The position numbers were made by a program, and so were the translations under genes. A DNA stretch of 32,000 bases from Halanaerobiales bacterium (GTDB lineage: Bacteria > Bacillota > Halanaerobiia > Halanaerobiales > Halanaerobiaceae), in the NCBI GenBank assembly GCA_016278485.1, contig JADQBT010000002.1:386570-418569 (forward strand). The letters run 5' to 3'. The notes under the pieces were generated by a model. The model was not told where the DNA came from. It worked only from the letters and a program-made list of their open reading frames with translations, and made no database searches. Positions 8,406-16,081 of this stretch are shown in pieces (the stretch's first letter is position 1; each line of letters begins with the position of its first letter).

Positions 8406-8942
8406 TTATTCTCCTTTCCCTAATGGATTTGCAGAAATTATTAGCTGATTATTCAACAAATCGTCCGTTATTTTAATTCGCAAGTAGATTAATTCTTCAT
8501 TCGTTGATAGCCAACCAAATTCTAGTTTATTAATCTTTTCTATTAAAGCAGTTGGTCTTTTATAAATGATTAAACCATTTTCTTCATGACCAATAGATCT
8601 TCCTAATTTTCTTAAACCACCTGAATAATATTCTTCAAAAGATATCCACTGCCATTCATCTTTATAGATAGTATAAAGATTAATCCTACTTTCACTTAAA
8701 AGTTCAATCTCTTTTGCCATTTCAATTTTTTCTACTATATAATCAGCGACCAATTGGCTATCTTGCATCACACCTACCCGATAATCTACCTTTTCTAAAC
8801 TGTCATTAAATAGTAAAATTGTTTTTAAAATTAGCATGCTTACTACTGCAAGCAATAAAATAGCTATTAAATTTTCTAATAAGGTAAAACCCTGACAGTT
8901 TTTGAAATATATTTTACATGGCTTCTGCTTCATTAATTTCAT
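8406..8942 (-). CDS. minor (pseudo)pilin with prepilin-type N-terminus (PilW/GspJ position), cluster B
   Basis: It has a class III signal peptide, ...NCQG/FTLLENLIAILLLAVV, with G at -1 and E at +5. Confidence 0.8.
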   Translation of the reverse strand: MKLMKQKPCKIYFKNCQGFTLLENLIAILLLAVVSMLILKTILLFNDSLEKVDYRVGVMQDSQLVADYIVEKIEMAKEIELLSESRINLYTIYKDEWQWISFEEYYSGGLRKLGRSIGHEENGLIIYKRPTALIEKINKLEFGWLSTNEELIYLRIKITDDLLNNQLIISANPLGKGE

Positions 8943-9366
8943 TCCACTCAGCTAAAATTGTAGATATTACAAAATCATTACTAATGTTTTTACTACTATA
9001 ATTCACATTGATATTGACCTGATATAATCCGGGATAAATAGTCTCATTCTCTGCATAAGGTTTAACTTCTACTACAGTTGCCTCAATCTGCTTATTTAAA
9101 AATATTTCTTCTAATTCTGCCAATAAAATAATTATTTCAGACTGGCTTTTACCCACAAGTTTAGCTAATTCAACCTGTTCAGTATTCAAATAATTGACTA
9201 CTGACTCTCCCCAATTTGCTGCTTGATTACTATCTTCAATAAATGCTCTTACATCAAGAGCTGTGCTAATTGTTCTACTAAAACTAACCAGTACTACACC
9301 AGCCAGGGATATAGAAATTACTATCTCAAGTAATGTAAAACCACTTTTATTATTTAGATTTTTCAA
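8914..9366 (-). CDS. minor (pseudo)pilin with prepilin-type N-terminus (PilV/GspI position), cluster B
   Basis: The N-terminus MKNLNNKSG/FTLLEIVISISLAGVVLV is a class III signal peptide. Confidence 0.8.
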   Translation of the reverse strand: MKNLNNKSGFTLLEIVISISLAGVVLVSFSRTISTALDVRAFIEDSNQAANWGESVVNYLNTEQVELAKLVGKSQSEIIILLAELEEIFLNKQIEATVVEVKPYAENETIYPGLYQVNINVNYSSKNISNDFVISTILAEWNEINEAEAM

Positions 9367-9859
9367 TATTAATCCTCCCCATCTGATTAATTGTCACCTG
9401 AAAAATTCTTTCACCATCTCCCAAGCCAATCGTACCACTTAAGGCTGTGCCATAACCTGTAAAGCGAATTCTATCATAATAAGGATCAGCAACTAACACC
9501 GGACTAGAGTTTTTGTATAAAAGCAAGCTATCAGGATAACTTCCTTCTCTAATAACTTGCATTAGATTATCCTGGTCAAGATAATAAATTATATAGTCTG
9601 CTTTATAATCTTCATCTGTTTTATAAATATCATCTACTGAATAAACCCTTAGCCGATAAGTTTTATTATCAGCAATGGCTTTTGCTCTGGTCCAACGTAA
9701 ATCATTGCTAAGTATACCTATTGCTTCATTTAGTTCTGCTCTTGCTAGTTGCGACTGGCTAAAAATTATGGGAGCAGAGACAACTGAAAAAAGGACTAAA
9801 ACCATTAATAGTTCTATCAGTGTCAAACCTTTCTGATTGCTTAGATAGCTAATTATCAA
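9350..9859 (-). CDS. minor (pseudo)pilin, FimT/GspH-like, cluster B
   Basis: The N-terminus is ...SNQKG/LTLIELLMVLVLFSVV. LSNDLRWTRAKAIADNKTYRLRV resembles the GspH/FimT domain core. Confidence 0.75.
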   Translation of the reverse strand: MIISYLSNQKGLTLIELLMVLVLFSVVSAPIIFSQSQLARAELNEAIGILSNDLRWTRAKAIADNKTYRLRVYSVDDIYKTDEDYKADYIIYYLDQDNLMQVIREGSYPDSLLLYKNSSPVLVADPYYDRIRFTGYGTALSGTIGLGDGERIFQVTINQMGRINIEKSK

Positions 9860-10257
9860 GGTGTTGGAGTTGTAGTACTAGGACCAGCTACCATCCCATC
9901 TGAACTATTAACATAATAGTATTCATTGTCTGATGTTAAATAATAAGCTAAATATGATTTTTCATTATTACCAGATTGATAATTATAATCAGAACTTGGA
10001 TTTGACAAAGATAGGTCTAGATCAGTTAAAGTACCAATCTCAACTGCAGTAGTAGCTGTTGGGTAAGATTTTTGATCCATATAGTACATTTCTAAACCAT
10101 ACATAATATTATGCAGATCACTTTTTACTACAGTCAGGTCAGCTTTCTTTTTTACACCACTAAAACCAGGGACAGCAATACCGATTAATATCCCCAAAAT
10201 TACAATTACAATCATCAATTCAATTAATGTAAAGCCTTTTTCATTAATATTTTTCAT
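9856..10257 (-). CDS. major type IV pilin / pseudopilin, cluster B
   Basis: The N-terminus is MKNINEKG/FTLIELMIVIVILGILIGIAVP. It is the first pilin gene after the platform gene and has a strong RBS (AAAGGAGAG). It contains no cysteine and ends with the S/T/P tail GPSTTTPTP. Confidence 0.85.
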   Translation of the reverse strand: MKNINEKGFTLIELMIVIVILGILIGIAVPGFSGVKKKADLTVVKSDLHNIMYGLEMYYMDQKSYPTATTAVEIGTLTDLDLSLSNPSSDYNYQSGNNEKSYLAYYLTSDNEYYYVNSSDGMVAGPSTTTPTP

Positions 10258-10271
10258 TTTTTCTCTCCTTT

Positions 10272-11312
10272 TTAGCCAATTACAGTATATAACTGAAAAA
10301 TAGGCAATACCACAGTAACTGCAAGTAAACCAACTATAGCAGCCATAAAAACTATTAAAGCTGGCTCTAATAATGTCAACAATTTTTTAGTACCCTTTTC
10401 TAGTTTCTGTTGATAAAGTAGTGCTGCTTTATTCAGCATTAATGATAAACGACCTGTCTCCTCTCCCGTAATTATTAACTGATAGTAGATTTTAGGAATT
10501 AATTTATTTCCATTTAAGCTACTACTGAGACGACCTCCTTTCCTAATTATTAATTCAGTTTCTTCCATTATTTTCTGATATGAATTGTTATTAATAACTC
10601 CATTTGATATTTTAAGAGTAGTGATTAAATCCAAACCACTTTCCAGTAACATACTCATTGTTCCAGCAAGATTACTCAATATCGAATACTGATATAACTT
10701 ACCAATGATAGGAAAATATAATAAATAATTTTTTATAAATTTGACAGCTTTTTCTGTACTAAGTAAATAAAATATAGCCAAGATAAAGAGAAATAAAAAC
10801 ATAAGTAAATAAAATATATTTTCCTTAATAAATTCTCCAGAATTCAAAAGAATCATTGTAAGTAATGGTAAATCTTTTGAAAAATCTGAAAATATGCGTG
10901 AAAATGTAGGTAAAACTTGCCAGATGAAAAATATACCTGCTAAAAAGGTTACTATTAAGACAATTACTGGATAGTATAATAATTGTTTTATTTCAGCTTT
11001 TAGTTTATTTTCTCTTAAATAATGTTGATTAATTTCAGAAAAAGCTTCTGCTAATTTACCAGTTTGTTCTCCAACCTTTACCATAGCAATAAATAAATCT
11101 GGAAAGTGTTGATTATGTTTTTTTAATGCTTCTGTCAAAGAAAATCCTGCTTCAATATCATTACTAACTTCATTAATGATATTGCTAATTAACTGATCAT
11201 CACTCTGAGATATTAATAAAGTAAGAGCAAGTTGTATCGGTAAGTCTGCATCTATTAATAAATATAATTGTTCTGCTATATAAAGCTTGTCCACTTTTTT
11301 CAATATCAACAC
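10272..11312 (-). CDS. GspF/PilC-family platform protein, short ComGB-sized form (346 aa), cluster B
   Basis: Two T2SSF-type repeats are present (LIDADLPIQLALTLL... and LLESGLDLITTLKIS...), along with 3 TM segments. The GTG start at 11312 directly follows the ATPase TAG stop, so the frame cannot be extended upstream. It lacks the roughly 60-aa N-terminal segment seen in the cluster A PilC. Confidence 0.85.
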   Translation of the reverse strand: MLILKKVDKLYIAEQLYLLIDADLPIQLALTLLISQSDDQLISNIINEVSNDIEAGFSLTEALKKHNQHFPDLFIAMVKVGEQTGKLAEAFSEINQHYLRENKLKAEIKQLLYYPVIVLIVTFLAGIFFIWQVLPTFSRIFSDFSKDLPLLTMILLNSGEFIKENIFYLLMFLFLFILAIFYLLSTEKAVKFIKNYLLYFPIIGKLYQYSILSNLAGTMSMLLESGLDLITTLKISNGVINNNSYQKIMEETELIIRKGGRLSSSLNGNKLIPKIYYQLIITGEETGRLSLMLNKAALLYQQKLEKGTKKLLTLLEPALIVFMAAIVGLLAVTVVLPIFQLYTVIG

Positions 11313-12983
11313 CTATCCTGTAACTCTTAATACTTCTTCAAGAGTTGTTATTCCAGAAACAACCTTATCAAGTCCATCTTCCTTTAAAGTTATCATTCCT
11401 TTTGAAATAGCATAAGCTTCCATAGCCGCTTCACTCTGACCTTGCATAATTAATTCTCGCAAATGGTCGTCTAACATCAGTACTTCATGAATTGGTACTC
11501 TTCCTTTATAACCCTGATCAGCGCATACAGAACAGCCTCTTCCTTTTTTTAGCTCAATTCCTTCACTAATTAAATTATCCAGTTTTCTAATGCCTGTTCT
11601 GACAGGATAATATGATTTCCTACACTCAGGACAGATCTTTCTAACAAGCCGTTGAGCTACTACACCTGATAAGGATGAAGCTACTAAATAAGGCGGTATA
11701 TTCATTTCAAGCAAACGAGTAATACTACTTACCGCATTGATAGTATGTAAAGTGCTAAAGACTAAATGACCTGTAATAGCAGCCCTAATAGCTATCTTAG
11801 CCGTTTCTTCGTCCCTAATCTCTCCTAACATGATTATATCTGGATCCTGTCTTAAAATAGCTCTTAAGGAAGTTAGAAAGTTAATTCCTGTTTTTTCCTC
11901 TGTCTCAATCTGGGTAATTCCTTTAAGTTTATATTCTACTGGGTCTTCAATTGTAGTAATATTTGTAGCTGGATCGTTAAGTCTGTCCAAGGCTGAAAAT
12001 AAAGTTGTTGTTTTCCCACTACCTGTAGGACCAGTTAATAGAATTATACCGGAACTGTGATTAAGTATCTTTTTAAAATTGTTAAGATTAACTGAGGTAA
12101 AACCTATTTTTTCAAGATTTAATAATTGACCTTTTTTAGGTAAGATTCTCATCACAGCTTTTTCTCCATAGATAGTCGGAATGACAGCTACTCGCAAGTC
12201 GCATAATTGGCCATTAATATTTTTTTCTAATCTCCCATCCTGTGGTTGTCTTCTTTCAGTGATATCCATGCCAGCTATAATTTTTATTCTAGAAATAATA
12301 GCTGGAGCGATACCTTTTGGAAATGAAAGTTTTTCTATTAAGATACCATCAACCCGATATCTAACTCTAATCTTATCTGGTTGTGGTTCAATATGAACAT
12401 CACTAGCGTCTAACTCAATTGCCTGTTCTATAATTAAGTTTACTAACTTTACTACTGGTGCATCATCAACAATTGCATTTAAATTATTTTTTTTAATCTT
12501 TTCTTCTTTTAATAAATCTTCAACCTCACCAATCAATACCTTTTGATCTTTTTGATACTGATCTCCATATATTTCTTTTTTAATTTTATTATATAATTTT
12601 TCACTAATTAACTTTATTTTTAATCTATATCCTGTGCTTGATTTTATTTCTTCTCTAATAGCCAAGTTTAATGGTTCCTGCATTGCTAATGTCAATACTT
12701 TATTTTTTAATTTGACTGGAAGCAATTTATACTTGACTGCCAGATTATAGTTAACTTTTTGTCCCAAATTTTGTTCTAATTTGAAATCTTTTTCCTGACA
12801 GAGTGGAATCTTATATTGTTCACTTAAAGCAGAAAAAAGTTGTTCTTCTGTGATTATACCTTCACTAATTAATAGTTTTCCTATTCTTTCACCTGGCACT
12901 TCCCTCTGTTTTGCCAAATAATTATTTAAATTTATACTATCAATAAAACCTTTTTTTATTAAAATTTGCCCAATTTTTAACAT
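11313..12983 (-). CDS. type IV pilus / T2SS assembly ATPase (PilB/GspE family), cluster B
   Basis: The N-terminus is a T2SSE_N/MshEN domain. Walker A is GPTGSGKTTTLFSAL, the Asp box/Walker B is DPDIIMLGEIRD and the His box is STLHTIN. There is a tetracysteine motif, CPECRK...CSVCADQGYKGR. The RBS is GGAGGTGG. Confidence 0.9.
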   Translation of the reverse strand: MLKIGQILIKKGFIDSINLNNYLAKQREVPGERIGKLLISEGIITEEQLFSALSEQYKIPLCQEKDFKLEQNLGQKVNYNLAVKYKLLPVKLKNKVLTLAMQEPLNLAIREEIKSSTGYRLKIKLISEKLYNKIKKEIYGDQYQKDQKVLIGEVEDLLKEEKIKKNNLNAIVDDAPVVKLVNLIIEQAIELDASDVHIEPQPDKIRVRYRVDGILIEKLSFPKGIAPAIISRIKIIAGMDITERRQPQDGRLEKNINGQLCDLRVAVIPTIYGEKAVMRILPKKGQLLNLEKIGFTSVNLNNFKKILNHSSGIILLTGPTGSGKTTTLFSALDRLNDPATNITTIEDPVEYKLKGITQIETEEKTGINFLTSLRAILRQDPDIIMLGEIRDEETAKIAIRAAITGHLVFSTLHTINAVSSITRLLEMNIPPYLVASSLSGVVAQRLVRKICPECRKSYYPVRTGIRKLDNLISEGIELKKGRGCSVCADQGYKGRVPIHEVLMLDDHLRELIMQGQSEAAMEAYAISKGMITLKEDGLDKVVSGITTLEEVLRVTG

Positions 12984-13027
12984 ATTCCACCTCCTATAAT
13001 TTACAAATAATGGAATTTAATTTATAT

Positions 13028-13057
13028 ATTCTACACCTAATTGGAAATTCCTGCTAA
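13028..13057 (-). promoter_or_regulatory. candidate sigma-A-type promoter for cluster B
   Basis: On the minus strand, TTAGCA (13057-13052) is followed by an 18-nt spacer and TAGAAT (13033-13028). It lies in the 100-nt gap between the cluster A terminator and the cluster B ATPase start. The match is weak and the background is AT-rich. Confidence 0.25.
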
Positions 13058-13083
13058 ATATTTAAATAAATTTTATTTTTCTA

Positions 13084-13121
13084 CAAAAAAATGCTTTTAC
13101 CCCTCTCTGAGGTAAAAGCAT
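13084..13121 (-). terminator. rho-independent terminator ending cluster A
   Basis: The minus strand reads ATGCTTTTACC-TCAGAGAGG-GGTAAAAGCAT followed by TTTTTTG. The stem is a perfect 11 bp (13091-13101 pairing with 13111-13121) and is followed by a T-run. Confidence 0.75.
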
Positions 13122-13143
13122 CAAAAAATAACTTGTCATATTT

Positions 13144-13284
13144 TTATGCATTAAAATTTACGTTTATATTTACAGTCGCTTTGTTGTCAATCACAATCTT
13201 CCCCTTCTCAGTGGTGCATCCACTATTGCTTTCAGTAGAGTCATCCTTTTGGCGAAAATCTTTTTTAGTTTTTTCTTCATCCAT
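13144..13284 (-). CDS. small hypothetical protein (46 aa) at the end of cluster A
   Basis: The sequence is MDEEKTKKDFRQKDDSTESNSGCTTEKGKIVIDNKATVNINVNFNA. The ATG at 13284 is preceded by GGAGGTG plus 6 nt, and the stop is followed by the strong terminator. I recognise no family. Confidence 0.45.
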   Translation of the reverse strand: MDEEKTKKDFRQKDDSTESNSGCTTEKGKIVIDNKATVNINVNFNA

Positions 13285-13337
13285 TATTATCACCTCCTGC
13301 ATAATATATATGTCAGAAGTGGACAAAGAATGAATTA

Positions 13338-15101
13338 TTAATTACTAATAATCTTTTTTAATTCTTCTATTGTTAATTCTTGATATTCTTTTGCCTGATT
13401 TTTTTCTTTCTTTTCATTTTTAACATTAGCTTCTTCTTTAATTTTTTCCTCATCTATCTTTTCAATATTTACTTTATTTTCCCTAATATTTTTTGGTGTT
13501 TTATGTTCTATTACATCAGAGAAATCATTAACTATGTGAGGCGTTATAAAGATAATTATTTCGGTCTTACGCTCTACTTTAGAACGAGATTTAAATAATT
13601 CGCCAAGTAAAGGTATTTGAGAAAAGAATGGGATCTCTCTTAAATCTTTTGCTAGATCATCTTGAATCAGACCACCTATTGCAAAAGTTTGCCCATCTTT
13701 TAATGTAACTAATGTTTCGAGTTCTCGCGTTTTTATGCGAGGTGGTTTACCGGGTTCGTTAAAGTTTTCATCTATATTACTAACTTCTGGATTTACACTT
13801 AAAGTTATTAAATCATCACTTGATATTTTGGGATTAAACTTAAGAATAATCCCCACTTCCCGATATTCATAAGTTACTGTTGTTTCACCATCTGGACCCT
13901 GTGATTGGATTGGAATTGGTATTTCGTCACCAATTAAAATCCTGGCATCCTCTTCTTCAACAGTCATTAAACTAGGATTAGCTAATGTTTGGGCATTTCC
14001 AGAGTTTTGCAAAAGTTTCAAAGCATCTGGCCAATTAGGATTAAATAACTTACCACTTTCTAAGTTCATCGGAACTAGAGAAAAAGAAGATAGTTCATCT
14101 GGATCAATACCCACATTTCTTGTTTTATCTACTGCTATCTCTTCTATTCTTACATCGATCATAACCTGTCGTTTGGGATTATCCAAAATGCTAATCAGAC
14201 GATCAGCCTGGTCAAGTTGCGGTTCTCTCCCAGCAATAATTAGTCTTTTAAGATTAGATTCGACTTGAATGTTCAATTCAGGTAATAGGCCACTAATAAC
14301 CTTTTGGACAGATTCTAAATCCGTATAATCAATCTGCCACTGTCTAGTAGCTAGATACTGGCTTTCATCAAACTTCTCAGCCAATTTTATTGCTTGAGCA
14401 ACATCTAAACTGTCTCCCGCTATAGTCAGTAAAGAAGTTTCTTCTCCTGAAGTTTTAATTACAATCTCAGGATAAAATTGATTTAAATAATTTTTTAATT
14501 TTAAAGTATCTGCATATTTAGCTTTATAAATTTTAGTAGTTTGAGGAGCTTGAGGTGCTATTGGTTCAGGTTCAACAATTGGTTGTGGTATATCTATTTT
14601 TTCTAAAAAACTAAATGCCTTTTCTAAGGTTTCATCTGCTCCCATCAATATAAGTTGACCTGTTTCTGGCATAAGATCAATTTTTAACTCAGGAAAAAAA
14701 CTAGTTAGTTTTGATTTTGCTAATTCTGCTGCAACATGTTTTAAATTTAAAATCTTGATACTTTCTTCACTATATATCTGCTCTAATTTTTCAGGTGGTG
14801 CGATTACAATAGTATTCCCGTCCCAGCGATAATTTAAATTATTTGCTTTAGTTATTAATGAGATGGATTTTTCAAAAGATAGATTATTTAATTTTAAAGT
14901 TGTTTTTCCTTGTACAGAAGCATCCACAATTAAATTCACATCAGCTACTTCTGCAATTGCCCTTAAAACATCACTGATAGCTGTATCACTAAAAGATAAG
15001 TTTATTTTAACATCATTATTTGTAACAGCTAAAACCTGTAACTGACTACCTAAAATAATAATAACTAATATTAGTGAAATACATAAGATTTTATCTTTCA
15101 T
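13338..15101 (-). CDS. pilQ: outer-membrane secretin (PilQ family), cluster A
   Basis: There is a signal peptide (...LQVLA/VTNN). An N0/STN-like domain follows (INLSFSDTAISDVLRAIAEVADVNLIVD...), then repeated N-domains. The secretin domain includes ANPSLMTVEEEDARILIGDEIPI, TLVTLKDGQTFAIGGL, IPFFSQIPLLGELF and IIIFITPHIV. Confidence 0.9.
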   Translation of the reverse strand: MKDKILCISLILVIIILGSQLQVLAVTNNDVKINLSFSDTAISDVLRAIAEVADVNLIVDASVQGKTTLKLNNLSFEKSISLITKANNLNYRWDGNTIVIAPPEKLEQIYSEESIKILNLKHVAAELAKSKLTSFFPELKIDLMPETGQLILMGADETLEKAFSFLEKIDIPQPIVEPEPIAPQAPQTTKIYKAKYADTLKLKNYLNQFYPEIVIKTSGEETSLLTIAGDSLDVAQAIKLAEKFDESQYLATRQWQIDYTDLESVQKVISGLLPELNIQVESNLKRLIIAGREPQLDQADRLISILDNPKRQVMIDVRIEEIAVDKTRNVGIDPDELSSFSLVPMNLESGKLFNPNWPDALKLLQNSGNAQTLANPSLMTVEEEDARILIGDEIPIPIQSQGPDGETTVTYEYREVGIILKFNPKISSDDLITLSVNPEVSNIDENFNEPGKPPRIKTRELETLVTLKDGQTFAIGGLIQDDLAKDLREIPFFSQIPLLGELFKSRSKVERKTEIIIFITPHIVNDFSDVIEHKTPKNIRENKVNIEKIDEEKIKEEANVKNEKKEKNQAKEYQELTIEELKKIISN

Positions 15102-15543
15102 TATTATCTAACCCCATCTCAAAATTAACTAAATAATTATCTTTTTTCATAACAATTTGATTAGCTTTAATCTCAATCAACTGATAACCATTTAATTTTT
15201 GATTTAGCTGCAAAAACTCTAATCTACCTTCATTTTCAATAACTGCAATTTTATCCTGATCCGAAGTAACAATTCCTTTTAAGAGAAAAGATGGGTTAAA
15301 TGAATTTAAGACCAACTCTGCCTGTTCGTTATTATTTTCAGCCGTTGTTTTAGCTTCACTAATTGCTTCATCTGTCAGACTACCTTCATTTTCTTGATAA
15401 CGAAAATCTAGGAATGGATTTCGCTCTTTTTCTTCTGAAACTAACTCTGTTTCTGCCTGAACCAAACTGACCATGGCAAATATTATCAGGTTTATAAGTA
15501 AAAAATATAATACAATATTATGTTTTCTTATTAAACTAAACAT
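15091..15543 (-). CDS. PilP-like pilus assembly protein, cluster A
   Basis: It has an N-terminal signal/anchor, an acidic linker and a C-terminal LLKGIVTSDQDKIAVIENEGRLEFLQLNQKLNGYQLIEIKANQIVM, which parallels the cluster B protein and PilP. It sits directly upstream of the secretin. Confidence 0.5.
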   Translation of the reverse strand: MFSLIRKHNIVLYFLLINLIIFAMVSLVQAETELVSEEKERNPFLDFRYQENEGSLTDEAISEAKTTAENNNEQAELVLNSFNPSFLLKGIVTSDQDKIAVIENEGRLEFLQLNQKLNGYQLIEIKANQIVMKKDNYLVNFEMGLDNNER

Positions 15544-16081
15544 TTAACTCACCTGCTTTGTTTGGTTCTAGTAGACATTTTATATTTACTTCAATTAGTC
15601 CATTATTAGCGTTTATCGGAGTAAAGTTTAATTCATCTAAAACAAATAATTTATCATATCTGGTTAAACTACCTATAAAAAGTACAAGATTTTCAAAATT
15701 ACCTGCTGCTTTAAAAAATACTGCTAGCTTGGGATCACTACCTTCAGGTATATACCTTTCAATATTTATATTCGCCATTTTTGCTCGAGCTGCCAATAGT
15801 TTGAAAAAGTCTTCTTCAGATTTCCAATCAGGCGGATAAAGTGAGAATAATTCCATTTCTAGTTCTTTTATCTTTTTTTCTAATTCTGGAATTTGTCTAA
15901 CCTTTACTAAAAGCGAATTTAATTGAGTATTTTTTTGCGTTAATGAGTTATCTAAATCATCAATTATCTGTTTTTGCGGTAGGTGATAATAGAAATAATA
16001 TAAGCCAATAATTATCATAAAAAGAGCAATTAACAAAAGATACTTTTCTCTATTAGATAATCGATTTAACATATTAATCAT
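15536..16081 (-). CDS. PilO-like pilus assembly protein, cluster A
   Basis: It has a single N-terminal TM segment (YLLLIALFMIIIGLYYFYY), a coiled-coil (LEKKIKELEMELFSL) and an alpha/beta C-terminus. It lies after the PilN-like gene. Confidence 0.55.
   Translation of the reverse strand: MINMLNRLSNREKYLLLIALFMIIIGLYYFYYHLPQKQIIDDLDNSLTQKNTQLNSLLVKVRQIPELEKKIKELEMELFSLYPPDWKSEEDFFKLLAARAKMANINIERYIPEGSDPKLAVFFKAAGNFENLVLFIGSLTRYDKLFVLDELNFTPINANNGLIEVNIKCLLEPNKAGELNV

Noticed and set aside
8016-8942. ORFs 8406-8942 and 8016-8366 could be one gene split by a nonsense mutation, that is, a pseudogene.
   Set aside because: Each part has its own N-terminal hydrophobic helix: a class III signal in the first and a PilX-type helix in the second. 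The pair corresponds to two separate proteins in the conserved four-minor-pilin set. I kept only the start-codon anomaly as a finding.
4192-12983. Cluster B could be a canonical type II secretion system.
   Set aside because: I find no GspC, GspL or GspM-like genes. PilM/PilN/PilO/PilP-like genes are present instead, the ATPase has a PilB/MshE-type N-terminal domain, and the secretin is short with a PilQ-like N0 region. I therefore describe it as T2SS/ComG-like rather than calling it a T2SS.
4192-15101. The secretin-containing clusters could be a recent horizontal acquisition from Proteobacteria.
   Set aside because: By eye, base composition, codon style (AT-rich third positions), RBS type and gene overlaps are indistinguishable from the flanking housekeeping genes. 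No integrase, transposase, tRNA or flanking direct repeats are visible.
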